Shown here: positions 1 to 12,596 of the stretch, piece by piece
How the letters are laid out: each line of letters opens with the position of its first letter
Numbering within the stretch: the first letter of the stretch is position 1
Assembly: GCF_006345805.1 (NCBI RefSeq)
Contig: NC_043017.1
Location: 16,244,001 to 16,308,000 of the forward strand
Origin: Octopus sinensis
Taxonomy: Eukaryota
DNA: 64,000 nucleotides
Reading direction: 5' to 3'
Made by a program: the position numbers and the translations under genes
Notes under the pieces: model-generated
The model's database searches: none
Seen by the model: the letters and a program-made list of their open reading frames with translations, nothing else
What the model was told of the DNA's origin: nothing

Positions 1-200
1 TATACATACCAATACGTACTAATACATACTAATACATACTAATACATACACCAACCCCATACATACGCACGTCCAGACCAATCCACGCACTAATACTCTC
101 TCATACACACACACACACACACACACCCTTATACATACTAATACATACACCAACCCTATACATACACACATCCAGACCCCTCCCACGCACTATTAGCTGG
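1..200. repeat. Degenerate (TACTAATACA)-type minisatellite within an imperfect ~110-bp tandem duplication
   Basis: tactaataca repeated; catactaatacatacaccaaccc...catccagacc...ccacgcacta occurs twice. Confidence 0.7.
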
Positions 201-254
201 TCCTCAACCCCTTTATCAACCCTATTATCTCCCCTTATTTCGCTCTCGCGTCTC

Positions 255-500
255 ATGTTTGATCTTTGACCTCTGGCCGAATCAGATCGCCATGTTGATT
301 CGTTAGCTACTGCACGCATTTTTTTCTCTCCTTCTTTCTGTGTTTTTCTCTCTCTGTGTATCTTTCTGTTGAAGAGCGTAGGCTCGAAACGTTAAAGACT
401 TGTTTTATTTATATTTCCTGAGCGCCATACTAACACAATTGTTCGTTTGTTTTCCACCTGCCTTCGTCTTTTGTTTATTTTCATAAAGCTTCCCGTTATA
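255..500 (+). mobile_element. Short non-autonomous Penelope-like/retrozyme-like element carrying a hammerhead-like motif, ending at (TA)n
   Basis: Near-identical reverse-complement copy at 37737-37980; ends ...TTTTCATAAAGCTTCCCG then TATATA; contains CTGTTGA-A-GAGC-gtag-GCTC-GAAA-CGTT. Confidence 0.65.
361..398 (+). ncRNA. Minimal type-I hammerhead ribozyme-like motif (core variant CUGUUGA)
   Basis: tcttt|CTGTTGA|a|GAGC gtag GCTC|GAAA|CGTT|aaaga: helix I tcttt/aaaga, helix II GAGC/GCTC, palindromic ACGT helix III, GUU site. Confidence 0.55.
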
Positions 501-760
501 TATATATATATATAATGTTTTCACTCATCCTTTTTACACCTCTGTCTACAGACCCCGTCTTTTTGTACTTTTCTCATTCTGGTCCCCATCTTCAATTATT
601 TATATCCAAGCAGCGTTTTACTGTTGACGCCACCAAATTGAACGGTATTATCGATAAGGCGTCGAAATTGTGATGATATTTGGTGGACAACTGATGATGT
701 ACGTCGTTTGCATGTTTTACTGTTTTCTGTACGTTCCTCGTCGTCTTCCCGTGCCACATT

Positions 761-781
761 TTACTGTATATATATATATTG

Positions 782-854
<73 letters not shown>

Positions 855-860
855 TATATA
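761..860. repeat. (TA)n microsatellite
   Basis: Direct reading. Confidence 0.95.
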
Positions 861-2689
861 CATGTACGGTGTGTGTGTGGTGTGTATCATTTACTTTATT
901 TATTAAGTAATTCAACAGACCCAATTTCCATCCACTGACTGTTCTCAAATAAATTTCTACTTTTCCTCTTTCTCCTTAGTTTAAACGAATACACACACAA
1001 ACACACGCACATACACACGCACATATACACACCCGTACATGCATACACATGCACACACACACATACACACACATTCGAATATGTATATACATGCATTCGC
1101 GCCCCCACACGTGTGTGCGTGCGTGTTTGTGTACAGACACACTCATATATATCTGTGTGCGTGCGCGCGTTTGGCCTGTGTGTATACAGAAAGATACACA
1201 TAATCATGTGTGTGTGTATGTTTGTGTGTGTGTGTGTGTGTGTGATTGCTGTTTATATACACGTGTGTGTTGTTTGTATAGATTATATATTATATGTTTT
1301 GGTATTTTATAACTTCAATGACTTGTTCCTTTCCTGAGTAAAATTAGTAAGAAACGGTTAAAGAAAAGTCTACGATGTGAGACAATTCTACCCCTATACC
1401 CCTCCGTCTCGACACGGATATTCCTCAATTTTTCCGCCGTTTTATCATCAAAATACCCGGAATTGAGCAGAACCCAACCCCAACGAGTTCTTCATTTAAA
1501 CTCCAAAATATATTTACCCTGAAAGAATCGGTTGAAAGGAAACCTCACAACCAAGGGTGGGACCGACTCTGATTCTATCCCACGCACACTTGAATACCAA
1601 CTTTCTTCGGAGACTCAAGATGCTGAAATACGCAGAACGGATGCACATCCGATACCCACACTAGAAGTAAATTACATCAGCTTCCCATCTGACTCGATCA
1701 GAAACTAAATATTACAGCAAAATATTTAACGATTTAACATCTTTGCAGGGATGAGTTACTGAAACTGTGAAACTACACTTGCCGTTCAATGGGCATAAAC
1801 AGTGATTCTCAACTGAAACCCATAAGGCCCTTCAGGGTCCTTATACGATTTTGTTGCATGCAATGCACTGGCTGTAGTTCTACAATACACAAAATATTCT
1901 ACCGACGTTTTTATACAATTCCTAATAATATTTAATCCTAAATGGTGGTGGAGGTGGTGGTGGTGTGTTCAGAGATTCATAACACAATAAGGTGTGGTAA
2001 CACGGATTCCACCACGCAACAACGACAACATAAACATTGGCTTTGCAACAGAACAGACCACCACCACCATCAATCGCTATCACTTCAACACCACTACTAC
2101 CATCATCACAAACACCACCAAATGACGAGCACGCCACCGCCGCCACTAACACCACACTACAACTACACTGCGACCGCTCTATCACCACTATGAACATACT
2201 ACCACCACCACCGTAGTAGAGTCACACCAACACAACTATGACCACCACTATCACTCCATCACACAACTACCAGCACCACTACCTCACCATCATCATCATC
2301 ATCCTCATTACCACAACGACGACGACGACCACCATCACTACCTCCACTACCACCACCGCCGCCGCCGCCGCCACCGGCATCGGTGAAAAACCAGAAGAAA
2401 GCCGTCAGATATGAAGAAAGTAGCTGTCTGCTGTACGCGGATCAATATTCTCTCGGCCCCTCGCTCCACCTACCCACACCCAGTATCGATCTCGCATCCA
2501 CCGACTTCACCTTCATCCTACACAAACACTGTCTCACACAATGCAACACTCGCAACCCCAACCCCCTTCTCCCCACCGCCACCACCACACCATTTAATAT
2601 TCCCCTCCGTCCCCGATCCCTTCCCCATTGGCCGTACACTTCCATTTTACCTTAACAGCACTTCACTCCTGCGGCGGCGGCGGCGGCAA

Positions 2690-3116
2690 GTAGTGATGGT
2701 GGTGGTGGTGGTGGAGGTTGTGGTGGTGGTAGTAGTTGTGGTGGTGGTAGTGGTGATGGTAGTAGTTGTGGTAGTGGTGGTGGTGGTGGTAGTAGTTGTG
2801 GTGGTGGTGGTGGTAGTAGTTGTAGTGGTGGTGGTGGTGGTGGTGGAGTTGGTGTTGGTAGCCGTGATACTGCTTCAGATGTAGTAATTGTGATGATGTA
2901 ATGCTAATCGTTGAAAGGATAATAATAGTAGCGGTCGTAGTTTGGTAGTGGTATGGACGTAACAACATATACACAACTCAATAGTGGTAGTATTGGTGGT
3001 GGTGGTGGTGATGATGATGATTGCGGGGGTGGTATGGTGGCACTACAAATAATCGTGGAGTTGACGTAGGTACTTTAGCACAAGCAACAGCGGTAGCAGC
3101 AACAGTAGTAGTAGTA

Positions 3117-3158
<42 letters not shown>

Positions 3159-3192
3159 CAGCTGCAGCAGCAGCAGAAGTAGTAGTAGTAAC

Positions 3193-3276
<84 letters not shown>

Positions 3277-3278
3277 AC

Positions 3279-3317
<39 letters not shown>

Positions 3318-3399
3318 GGTGGTGGTTGTAGTAGTAGTAGTAGTAGTAGCAGCTGCAGCAGCAGCAGAAGTAGTAGTAGTAACAGCAGCAGGCAGCAGC

Positions 3400-3440
<41 letters not shown>

Positions 3441-3530
3441 CAGCTGCAGCAGCAGCAGAAGTAGTAGTAGTAACAGCAGCAGTAACAGGTGGTGGTGGTG
3501 GTGGTGGTGGTGGTGGTAGTGGTGGTGGCG
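2690..3530. repeat. Compound (GTG)n/(GTA)n/(GCA)n trinucleotide arrays with a higher-order repeat
   Basis: gtagcagctgcagcagcagcagaagtagtagtagtaacagcagc occurs three times between 3150 and 3485. Confidence 0.9.
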
Positions 3531-4445
3531 GTGTTGACCATGTCTTGTAAGACATTTAGTGCTTGAAAGTGTATTGTGTCATCATCACCATCCTCATCAT
3601 CGTGCCGGCTATTGTGGATACGAACCTGGTCCGAAATGGTAAATAGGGGGGAAAACATGGGATGACGCAACAAGGGGAGCGGAAATAGGAAGAAGGACAC
3701 AACAATGGCAGCACCAAGTGGACAACAAAAGGAGTTAACAGGCGGAAAGGAGTGATAGCTTAGAGACATCAGATGTATTATGGACCCTCAAACACACACA
3801 CCACACACACACACAGGTACTTTACACACGCGCACGCGGCTACTCACAAATACATACACATAAACCCACACAAACAAACACGTACAGACGTACATACAAA
3901 TACGCACACACGTATACACACACACACACACACACTTGCAGATACACTCAGAGAGTTACATGGAATGCATTAAAATATTTGGAGGCTTGAAATATAAAAT
4001 AACAAGGATTTAAGAAATCGACTAAACGATAGGTTTTAGCAAAACAGGATATGATCGGCGTTATCAACAGGCAGACGCAGAACAGCTTTGAACCAACGAT
4101 TTATATAAAATACACCGATAAGAGAAATTGTGGTGAAATACGCTACAGTTTAAGAAAGGATAAACTAGGAGAGAATAATTGCTGAATAGATCAACGGGAA
4201 AAGAATAAAGAGAAACAGCTTCAGAAAACCAACTTAAGACGAACGGGATTTGGAAAATGATACACAGATAAATAACGAAGCTGGTCAGCGAAAAAAATTT
4301 GAACTGGCACATGAAACGACGACAACCATTGATAACAGCCTGATATGTCAACATTTCAAACCAGACAATGGAAGTACTGTCATAAACAAAAGAACGAATT
4401 CGCTCTATTGTATAGAAAGCCATCTCAAATAACGAAAGATCATAA

Positions 4446-4490
4446 TTCTCGCCTGAAGATCGCAGTAGCGTGAAACTCGAGTCACAAGAA
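4446..4490 (+). ncRNA. Decayed minimal type-I hammerhead ribozyme-like motif with canonical GUC site
   Basis: ttctcgc|CTGAAGA|t cgc agta gcg t|GAAA|CTCGAG TC|acaagaa; palindromic ACTCGAGT helix III; helix I has two C.A mismatches. Confidence 0.45.
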
Positions 4491-4804
4491 AAAAACTGAG
4501 TTTATTAGTATGTGAATACATACCATTATACACGCACACACACACATGCGCAACGCATGTAGTATTTGTGAAAGTTCTTCGATGCTGATGGGAACACGGG
4601 TGTAAGAACCAACAGCTGATTAGTTATGCGGAACAGTGACGTTCAGAGAAGCCATCCACCCCTTATGCAAGTGTTTTGACCCTTAATTCCTTACACTTCA
4701 AGGGAGCCGGGGCATCCAGATTATGACTCCTAGAGACTTCTCAGTCGCCATATTCTGTGCTACAGTCTGCATTGTGACCCTCCGGGATTGTAAATGTGCC
4801 CCAG

Positions 4805-4992
4805 AATCCCGGGGGACGGGATTAAGTCGGTTACATCGACCCCAGTGCGTAACTGGTACTTATTTAATCGACCCCGAAAGGTTGAAAGACAAAGTCGACC
4901 TCGGCGAAAATTGAACTCAGAACGTAACGGCTGACGAAATACCGCTAAGCATTTCGCCCGGCGTGCTAACGATTCTGCCATCTCGCCGCCTA
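4805..4992 (-). mobile_element. tRNA-derived SINE family A
   Basis: Reverse strand reads ggcggcgagatggcagaatcgttag (A box)...gagttcaa (B box)...gccgaggtcgactttgtctttcaacctttcggggtcgat...aagtaccag...ctggggtcgat; many copies in the window. Confidence 0.9.
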
Positions 4993-5019
4993 ACAATAAT
5001 AATAATAATAACAATAATA

Positions 5020-5250
5020 GGTATGATAAAAAAAAATCATTCAGACAAATATGTAAGAAAAACACCAAAACTGACTAGTTTATATGACCTAAAGAAAATA
5101 GTACAACTAGGCACCGCGCACATCCTACGCAAAACACTTTCAATACAGTGAAAATAAGAGCACCACAACAAACCAGAGCACATATGCAAGACACACAGAG
5201 CTGCGCTCGGTAGTGCACTGAAAGCACGTAAGAAAAATAAGACTGTTGAA
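5020..5250 (+). mobile_element. R4/Dong-like RLE non-LTR retrotransposon, 3' end plus 3' UTR, in (AAT)n
   Basis: Encodes IGMIKK...LKKIVQLGTAHILRKTLSIQ*, homologous to the C-terminus at 45800-45900; AAT repeats on both sides. Confidence 0.8.
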
Positions 5251-5277
5251 TAATAATAATAATCATTATTATTATTA

Positions 5278-5317
<40 letters not shown>

Positions 5318-5547
5318 GAAAAGGAGAAGGGGAGGAGGAAACAGATGAAGAAGAATATAGCGAATGGTTTTTGTTTACTTTTTTGTTCTAATGGGGGAAG
5401 CAGGCATCAGGGGTGTCTTCCCTCACCCCCACCCACACACTCACACGCACGTACACACAACCCGATTTCATATTTAATTTGTGACTGACATCACATAAAG
5501 CGAGCAATTGTACAGCAGAAAGACACTCATACACACACACACACACA

Positions 5548-5618
<71 letters not shown>

Positions 5619-6229
5619 ACACACATGTCTGCGGGTGTTAGCTGTGAAGTATGTTTTGGTATCTCTCTCGTCTGAAGATTGTCCAAGAGGAATAACTGAG
5701 AGTAGCGACGAAGAAATTTATGTCGCATGCATAAGTATACAGTTTACTCTTTCTCCTGCGGTTTTGTTTATATGTGTATTGTGTATGTATGTATATATAT
5801 ATATATATATTATATATATATATCTATATATTATATATATATATGTACATACATATGTACATGTATATTATGTATGTATATATATATATATATATATCTA
5901 TATATATATATATATATATATATGCATATATACATATAGCAAATGATAGACTCAAAAAATGGAATTTCGAGAAACTTTATTGCTCACAACGATCGTTTTG
6001 ACCCATCCTGCATCTATCCCTCGCGAGTGGGATACCGTACTACTGATTGTGGCGCATCACTCGGTGTTGGGGTGTCTCGTCGATGATTTTACAAGGAGTG
6101 TATCATGTCACTAGCAACATGCTGTATTAAAACCAAGCAAAACAGGATTTAATTAACGAGATACCCCTTGCAACATCACCTGATGAGACACTTCTACACC
6201 GAAGTTTGTGCCACAACCGACTGTTGCTG

Positions 6230-7062
6230 AACGAGGACAAATTTGAGTTAATTAATCCACTTCGGAAAAGAGAACACAGGAAACTCCCACACTCCCTTCA
6301 GGTGAAACTCTCATGGCATTGAACAACATCAGAGACTTGGGAGTAATTGAAGACAACAACATAAGCTGGGCCGCTCAAATAAACAGGCTGGCAGAATGTG
6401 TTCCTTGACATGCCTCACAGAATGTGTTCTTGGATTCTCGGAACTTCCCAGTCGAGTGGTATCCACACCATTAACCTTGCCCGATCCACCTTGAATACTG
6501 TTGTCCTCTGTGGTCTCCCCGCGCGAAACAAGGCATCATGAAAGTTGAAGCACTTCAAAGGTCAATTACAAAAAAGATAGATGGCATGACAGGCCTTGAC
6601 TATTGGGGTCGACTAGAAAAACTCACGCTTTATTCTCTCCGACGTCGCCGAGAGCGCTATATCATCTGCTTGATGTGGAAAATATTCTGTCAGCATTTCC
6701 CAAATGATGCTGGCATCACCTTTAAGATACACCCAAGACTTGTACCCTGTGTTATCCGCTCACAACATAAATTGCACTCGCATTTCATAACAATTACGGT
6801 ACAATCATTTCACCTCAATTGACCCCGCTCTCTTCAACATTACACCAAAACACATTAAAGTAGAAACAGACCCCGTAAAGTTAAAGAAGTCTTTAGGCAA
6901 ATTCCTTCAAGAAATCCCAGATAAATCTCCTACATCCAGATATGTCTCCGTAAACATTAACTCTCTCCTCGAGTGGGCCCTATTGCCCGATTCTTGATTG
7001 GAATGACTTTGCCAGGTGGTGCTGTTAAGTTAGACATGGCCTGGGTAAGTATCAAAGTATGT
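6230..7062 (+). mobile_element. CR1/L2-group LINE, decayed 3' part of ORF2 and 3' end
   Basis: Motifs NNIRDLGVIEDNNISW, HLEYCCPLWSP, VEALQRSITKKIDGMTGLDYWGRLEKLTLYSLRRRRERY; ends in aagtatcaaagtatgtat. Confidence 0.85.
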
Positions 7063-7134
<72 letters not shown>

Positions 7135-7310
7135 ATATATATATAAAACAAGCAAATACGATAGTTCTAGAATCTCTGTAAGAGATTACTTGTTGTACTG
7201 GCAAGTAATGTTCACCGCTTCAAAATGGCCGTTCCGTAGTTCCGTACGTGCGGACGTAACTGCGATATTTTAACATATGTATAGCATATGTGTGTATGTA
7301 TATATATATG

Positions 7311-7401
<91 letters not shown>

Positions 7402-7693
7402 GTGTGTGTGTATTTATATATGTTTATATATATTTATTCATTTATAACTCATGTATATGCACATAAATTTACATATATATATTTATATATAGATATGTAC
7501 ATATATGTATGTGTGTATGTGTACATACACAGACACACACATAGAAGTATGTCGAAGCAAACAGGAAAAACAAAACTCAAGATATGAGTCTATCTATATT
7601 TTCTATTAATATTTAGCGGAAGTAACAAGGTGACTCAAGATCCGAGACTGCCAACGCACGGTGTCTTCGGATTCTGCGCCAATCTGTTATTTC

Positions 7694-7736
<43 letters not shown>

Positions 7737-7789
7737 AATATATATATATATATATACACAAATATATATATATATATATACACACACAA

Positions 7790-7861
<72 letters not shown>

Positions 7862-8059
7862 GCACATATATATATATATGTATGTATGTATACGTATGTA
7901 TGTGTATATATATATATATATATATACACACGCACACACACACATATATATATATATATATACATGTATATATCTGCATATATATACATACATGTATACA
8001 AATACAGCTGCAACATGTTGACTAAAGATCTTCAGGATCGGGACTGATTCAAGATAAAA

Positions 8060-8215
8060 TAGCAACAAGGGCGCATTAGATAATGTAGTCCTTGGTACAC
8101 TTTGTCTGAATACATAAAAAAGGATACGTTGATGGCTCGAAGACTTTTAACAGCAAGTTTACTGCATCTGGACTGACCTAGGGCTAAACAATAGCAGCTG
8201 TACGCCTTGCTAGCA
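8060..8215 (-). repeat. Unclassified interspersed repeat (family E)
   Basis: Shares accaaggact(a/g)catt(a/g)tc.aatg and tttagcccc/taggtca with copies near 32715-32870, 34098-34165, 53655-53720 and 59790-59875. Confidence 0.55.
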
Positions 8216-8464
8216 ATAGTCTGAAATTATTGATAACCAGAGGACATTCACTGATGTGAGACACGTGACCTGTAGACATAATTAATTATTTAAGTAATGA
8301 AACATAAAGATAATTAATTTGTGTCGTGTGGAGTCCCAGTGATTGAGACTGTGTAAGTTTGCGAGTGTGTGACTCACGGAGAAGTCTTTATGAAGTTCCC
8401 CGTCCAAACGTCGTCAGAAAGCGTCTATTAAACGGTGAAGGCATATAAAGAAATAGTTCTAAAT

Positions 8465-8672
8465 TTGGGTACAAGGCCAATAATTTCAGGGGTGGGGGAA
8501 TATTGTCGATTACATCGACCCCCAGCGTTCAACTGGTACTTATTTTATTGACCTTGAAAAGACGAGAAGCAAAATTGACCTCGACGTAATTTGAACGCAG
8601 AACGTGAAGACGGGCAAAATGCCGCTAAACAGTTTGGCCAGTATGCTAACGATTCTGCCATCTCGCCGCCTT
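8465..8672 (-). mobile_element. SINE family A
   Basis: Same A/B boxes, central domain and tail as 4805-4992. Confidence 0.85.
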
Positions 8673-9134
8673 ATCTAAGGCAATAATTACGAGATACATT
8701 AATAAAATCTCTGCAGACGTTACGTTTCTGGCAGTCGGATGTTCGAAGAAGCCTAGGATTGCGTGACGCTTTCATCGGCTCAATGCAACTTATTTCCTTA
8801 AGTAAATTTTATGTTCATGTCGATTTTTTTCTTCCATGATTGGAATACTAGAGCAAAGTTTCAATGAATTTCTGCTCTTATTTCGGCTGTTTCCGTACAT
8901 CATCGGTTCTTCTGTTGCGATGTATATAAACAGCAATAAACACCAGCGATTCTTTTTTTTTTTATTTCCGCTCAAGAAGGCTTTTTGCGACCGAGACTGC
9001 AATGGAAATATCTAACTGCCAGAAGCACAATCTATCCGGAAACTAGATTTATATTACAGTATGCAGTATATTCACACAATTGCAACCACTACTACTACTA
9101 CTGCAACTGCTGCTACTACTATTAATAATAATAA

Positions 9135-9505
9135 TAAAAACTGCTATATTAGATATTCTTAGTGATAAATGGCAAGAAAAACCTCTCATGGCAAATATTC
9201 AAAGAGAGCTGATAATTCTTTCTATTATAGGCTAAAGGCCTGAAATTTAGGGAAGAGGACTAGTCGATTATTCGACCCCAGTATTTCACTGGCATCTATT
9301 TTATCGGCTCCAAAAGGATGAAAGGCAAAGTCAACCTCGGCGGAATTTGAACTCAGAACGTAAAAGAGAGCTAATAAAGCCGATGTTATCATAGCAGGCC
9401 AAGATCAATACCTACCGACAAGCAGCTACCAGACCAACATATTGAGGTCTCTGGGTGAGACTTGGAGTCACCGTGTACAAATACAAAGCAAAAGTCAAAC
9501 ATATA
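9135..9505 (+). mobile_element. Internally deleted R4/Dong-like element interrupted by SINE A
   Basis: 9135-9214 matches 45105-45180 (tagatattct..gataaatggcaagaaaaacctct); 9445-9505 matches the 3' UTR at 46035-46097; (AAT)n on both sides. Confidence 0.8.
9215..9362 (-). mobile_element. 5'-truncated SINE A with target-site duplication
   Basis: aaagagagct(g/a)ata at 9201-9214 and 9363-9376. Confidence 0.8.
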
Positions 9506-10303
9506 ATAATGATAATAATATAATAATGATAATAATGATGATAATAATATAATAATGATAATAATGATGATAATAATATAATAATGATAATAATTATGAT
9601 AATAATATAATAATGATAATAATACCGTCAGTTTCAAGTATTCAAGCAAATCTTTTTACTACATTAATCGAGTTGAAATATGATATATTTAAGTTAAACA
9701 CGTCGATGTAACTAAATATTTCGTAGCGAAACACGATTAAACATGTTGCCAAGCGAGCTAAACACATTTCACTTTGTAAACATAGGTGTATTGTTAAACA
9801 CATTCCTAAACACGTCGATCGGTTTGTCGGTCATCTTGACCAGTAGTGACCTGTACAGGATTGAATCAGGACAAGAGAACTGAACGAAGCATATCAAGTA
9901 GATCGCTGCGGTTCGTAGGTGATGGTCATCCTGTAGAGATCTCATCCATCAGTGAAAGTTCCTTTGTTATGGACACACAGTCAGTGAAGCTCATCCTGTA
10001 GATGCCATGTCGGTCAGTTTAGTTCACATCGCAGAGGTCACACCAGTCAGTGAAGGTCAAAGTCCTGTATAGGTCACCTCATTGAGTGTCACCCTTTATT
10101 GTGGAACGTAACACAACAACAAAATATAAATGGCTCTTTATTTCTCAAGGTCTTTCAAGGATATTTAACTGCCGTTTTTACCAAGATAGGATGCTAAATA
10201 TTCCCCTGAATAAGACATCAGTCCCTCGTGAATAGAACCTCACCAGTTGTTGTTTATTTTTATTGATGTCTAGGTCAACTAAACCAATGTAGATATTGAG
10301 TAA

Positions 10304-10529
10304 TGTCCCAAATACACAGAGCAGTGAAGGTGTGAGATATGTCACCCCCAGGATAGAACGCTAGTCGAGATAATATTGTTACGAATCCCCGTCCCCAATA
10401 GGTGTGAGCTGTAACCTGAGTTGGAGCTCACGCTTATTGAGGACAGGGATTCGTAACAATATTATCTCGACTAGCGTTCTATCCTGGAGGTGACATATCT
10501 CACACCTTCACTGCTGTGTATTTGGGACA
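10304..10529. repeat. 226-bp palindrome (arms ~106 bp, 14-nt spacer)
   Basis: tgtcccaaatacacag...ggtgtgagct [gtaacctgagttgg] agctcacgct...ctgtgtatttgggaca; about 5 substitutions and one 2-nt indel between arms. Confidence 0.95.
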
Positions 10530-12596
10530 GTGTCTGACCAGGAATATTTAACGAATGTCATTGGGGACAGAACATGAACGGTCGGAAAGGTCACACTAAA
10601 GGTCAACTCTCAGTTTGCTAGGTGACCTGGTCATCCGGTGACCTGGTCACCAGGTGACACACCCATACAAATGTGTCCCCACTTCGAACATGTTTCCTCA
10701 TAACTTTCAGGGAAAAAAATGAATCTTTTTAAAAGAAATTTTCTGCAAATTCCTTTCAGATGGCGAAGATTTAAAAAATAGTGGAATTTAATGTGATAAA
10801 AAATATGGTTGTAGCATGTACAACATTTCAAGTTTCGTTTTGCAGATGTGGGGGGGGCGTGTATGTGTGTGTGTGTGTTTACACTTATTAATTCGGGAAG
10901 GGCCCACTTGTGTAGCGTGCCCGCTTGGACACGAGGTCATCATTGCAAACGGCTCACCGTTATTAATAATTATAACGCTAAAAACAGAGATCTCTTCTCG
11001 TCAGGAGTTGATAAGAAATGTCGCTGTAGAAAACCAAAATCCCCATGAATAAGTCATTGCTAGGTGTCCTGTTTTTGTAACTAGTGTCGCATCGGTTTCA
11101 CTATAACCGTGTCTACAACAAAAGTATTACCACATCTATTTTGCCATATCAGTAATGCTACATTATCGCAATAGATTTATCTCCCCGCTAGCGACAAGAC
11201 TGTATTTTGCACCAAAAGCCAATATGAGAGACTTTCTCGTGGTATTTACCGCAGTAAAGTTTCTTCTAACAGAAGATCCACGTTTAAGAAGAGATTAATA
11301 TTACCCCTCGTTGTTAATGCTGCCTCTGTCGCTAATTAGTATCACCATTGTGGCACAAAAACTTTCCTGCACGAGGAGACATAGTTTACTATTGTTTTTC
11401 CCCTTCTCGTGGACGCCTCGCCATCGAAGATGCCTTCAACCTCAAAGACTCACCTCAATTTTCCCTTAAAAGCTTTAAAAATCCAAATAAACTTTCAAGC
11501 GAGGCCTCACTATTTTCACGTATTTTCACAAAATGTTTTGTTATCGGCATAGTAACGTTATATTGGTTTGGTCCTCCAAGGGCCGTAGCCAAACTTGTCG
11601 GCCCCTTCTCTTAAGCGTCACATACAAACGGCTACAGTAAACACAGTTATATACAGAGGCCTCCACGTGCGGTCTGCACAGCCATACATTCCGCTAGGCC
11701 GTTCATACATCCTCTTTATTTCATATAATCTGTATAGTTTAGTTTACTTACATGGTAGAGGGACACAGTGAAGTTTAACATAGATGACCCTCCCTTCGGA
11801 TTAATATTTGTACATATAAACGTGAGCTTCGACTCCAACGGGGCAGGGCAAATTTTTTAGATTTATTTTAGAAAAAAATATAGAGCGTCCTTGACATTGA
11901 AAAATAGGGTAGGTCACCTGCATTGGATCACAGCCGTCGGTCAAGGTCACACTAACGCTAACGAGGGAATTTTATAAGGTATCCCTAATCATGGATGGAG
12001 GGTTAAACCTGGACATCGGTTTGTGGTTCAGAGATCAGACAAGGATCACCGTAAATTTCTGACTAGGGACCCACCTGCTCAGAGGGGTGGGGAAGAAAGC
12101 AACCTCGTGATACCTTACGACATTTGTCTCGGAAGCCGTTGGCCCAGTGTAGCTATGTTTTCACGTGACTGGGGTCGATTCATCTGCAACAGAAGGTGAC
12201 AGGAAGGGTTAGGAACCCTGTCAGACAAACCTTCCAGTGATAAAGATGTCGCCCGAATGAAGTTCAGCCTTGTTTCAAGCACAGAATAAAAGGCTAGACA
12301 AGTTTAGTATAAATCGGGGGCCAGAAACCCCACCACCACCACCACCACCACCACCACTACCACTATCATCACCATCAACATCACTACCAATATCATCACC
12401 ATAACCTTCGACACTACCATCACCACTATCATCATTATCAATTGTCATCATCACCATCATCATCGTCATCATCATCATCATTAATAGGTAAATTTAGTGA
12501 TGCGCCGCATATTGGAACATATGGTACGCGGCTGGCAGATTTCATGTCAGCCTCTTCTTAATTATAAAAACAACCATGATGATGATGATGATGATG

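Noticed and set aside
1522-1710. ~60-codon open frame (NRLKGNLTTKGG...SIRN*) after a possible AG
   Set aside because: No recognisable protein similarity and weak splice context; plausible by chance.
1800-1935. cagtgattctcaac, resembling a hAT/Charlie-type TIR, plus a small hairpin
   Set aside because: No partner TIR or 8-bp TSD found; at most a one-ended remnant.
6177-6215. cacCTGATGAgacacttctacaccGAAGttt hammerhead-like core
   Set aside because: GAAG instead of GAAA, no helix II pairing and no palindromic helix III.
11978-12200. ~74-codon open frame (GWRVKPGHRFVVQRS...)
   Set aside because: No start, no donor site and no recognisable domain.
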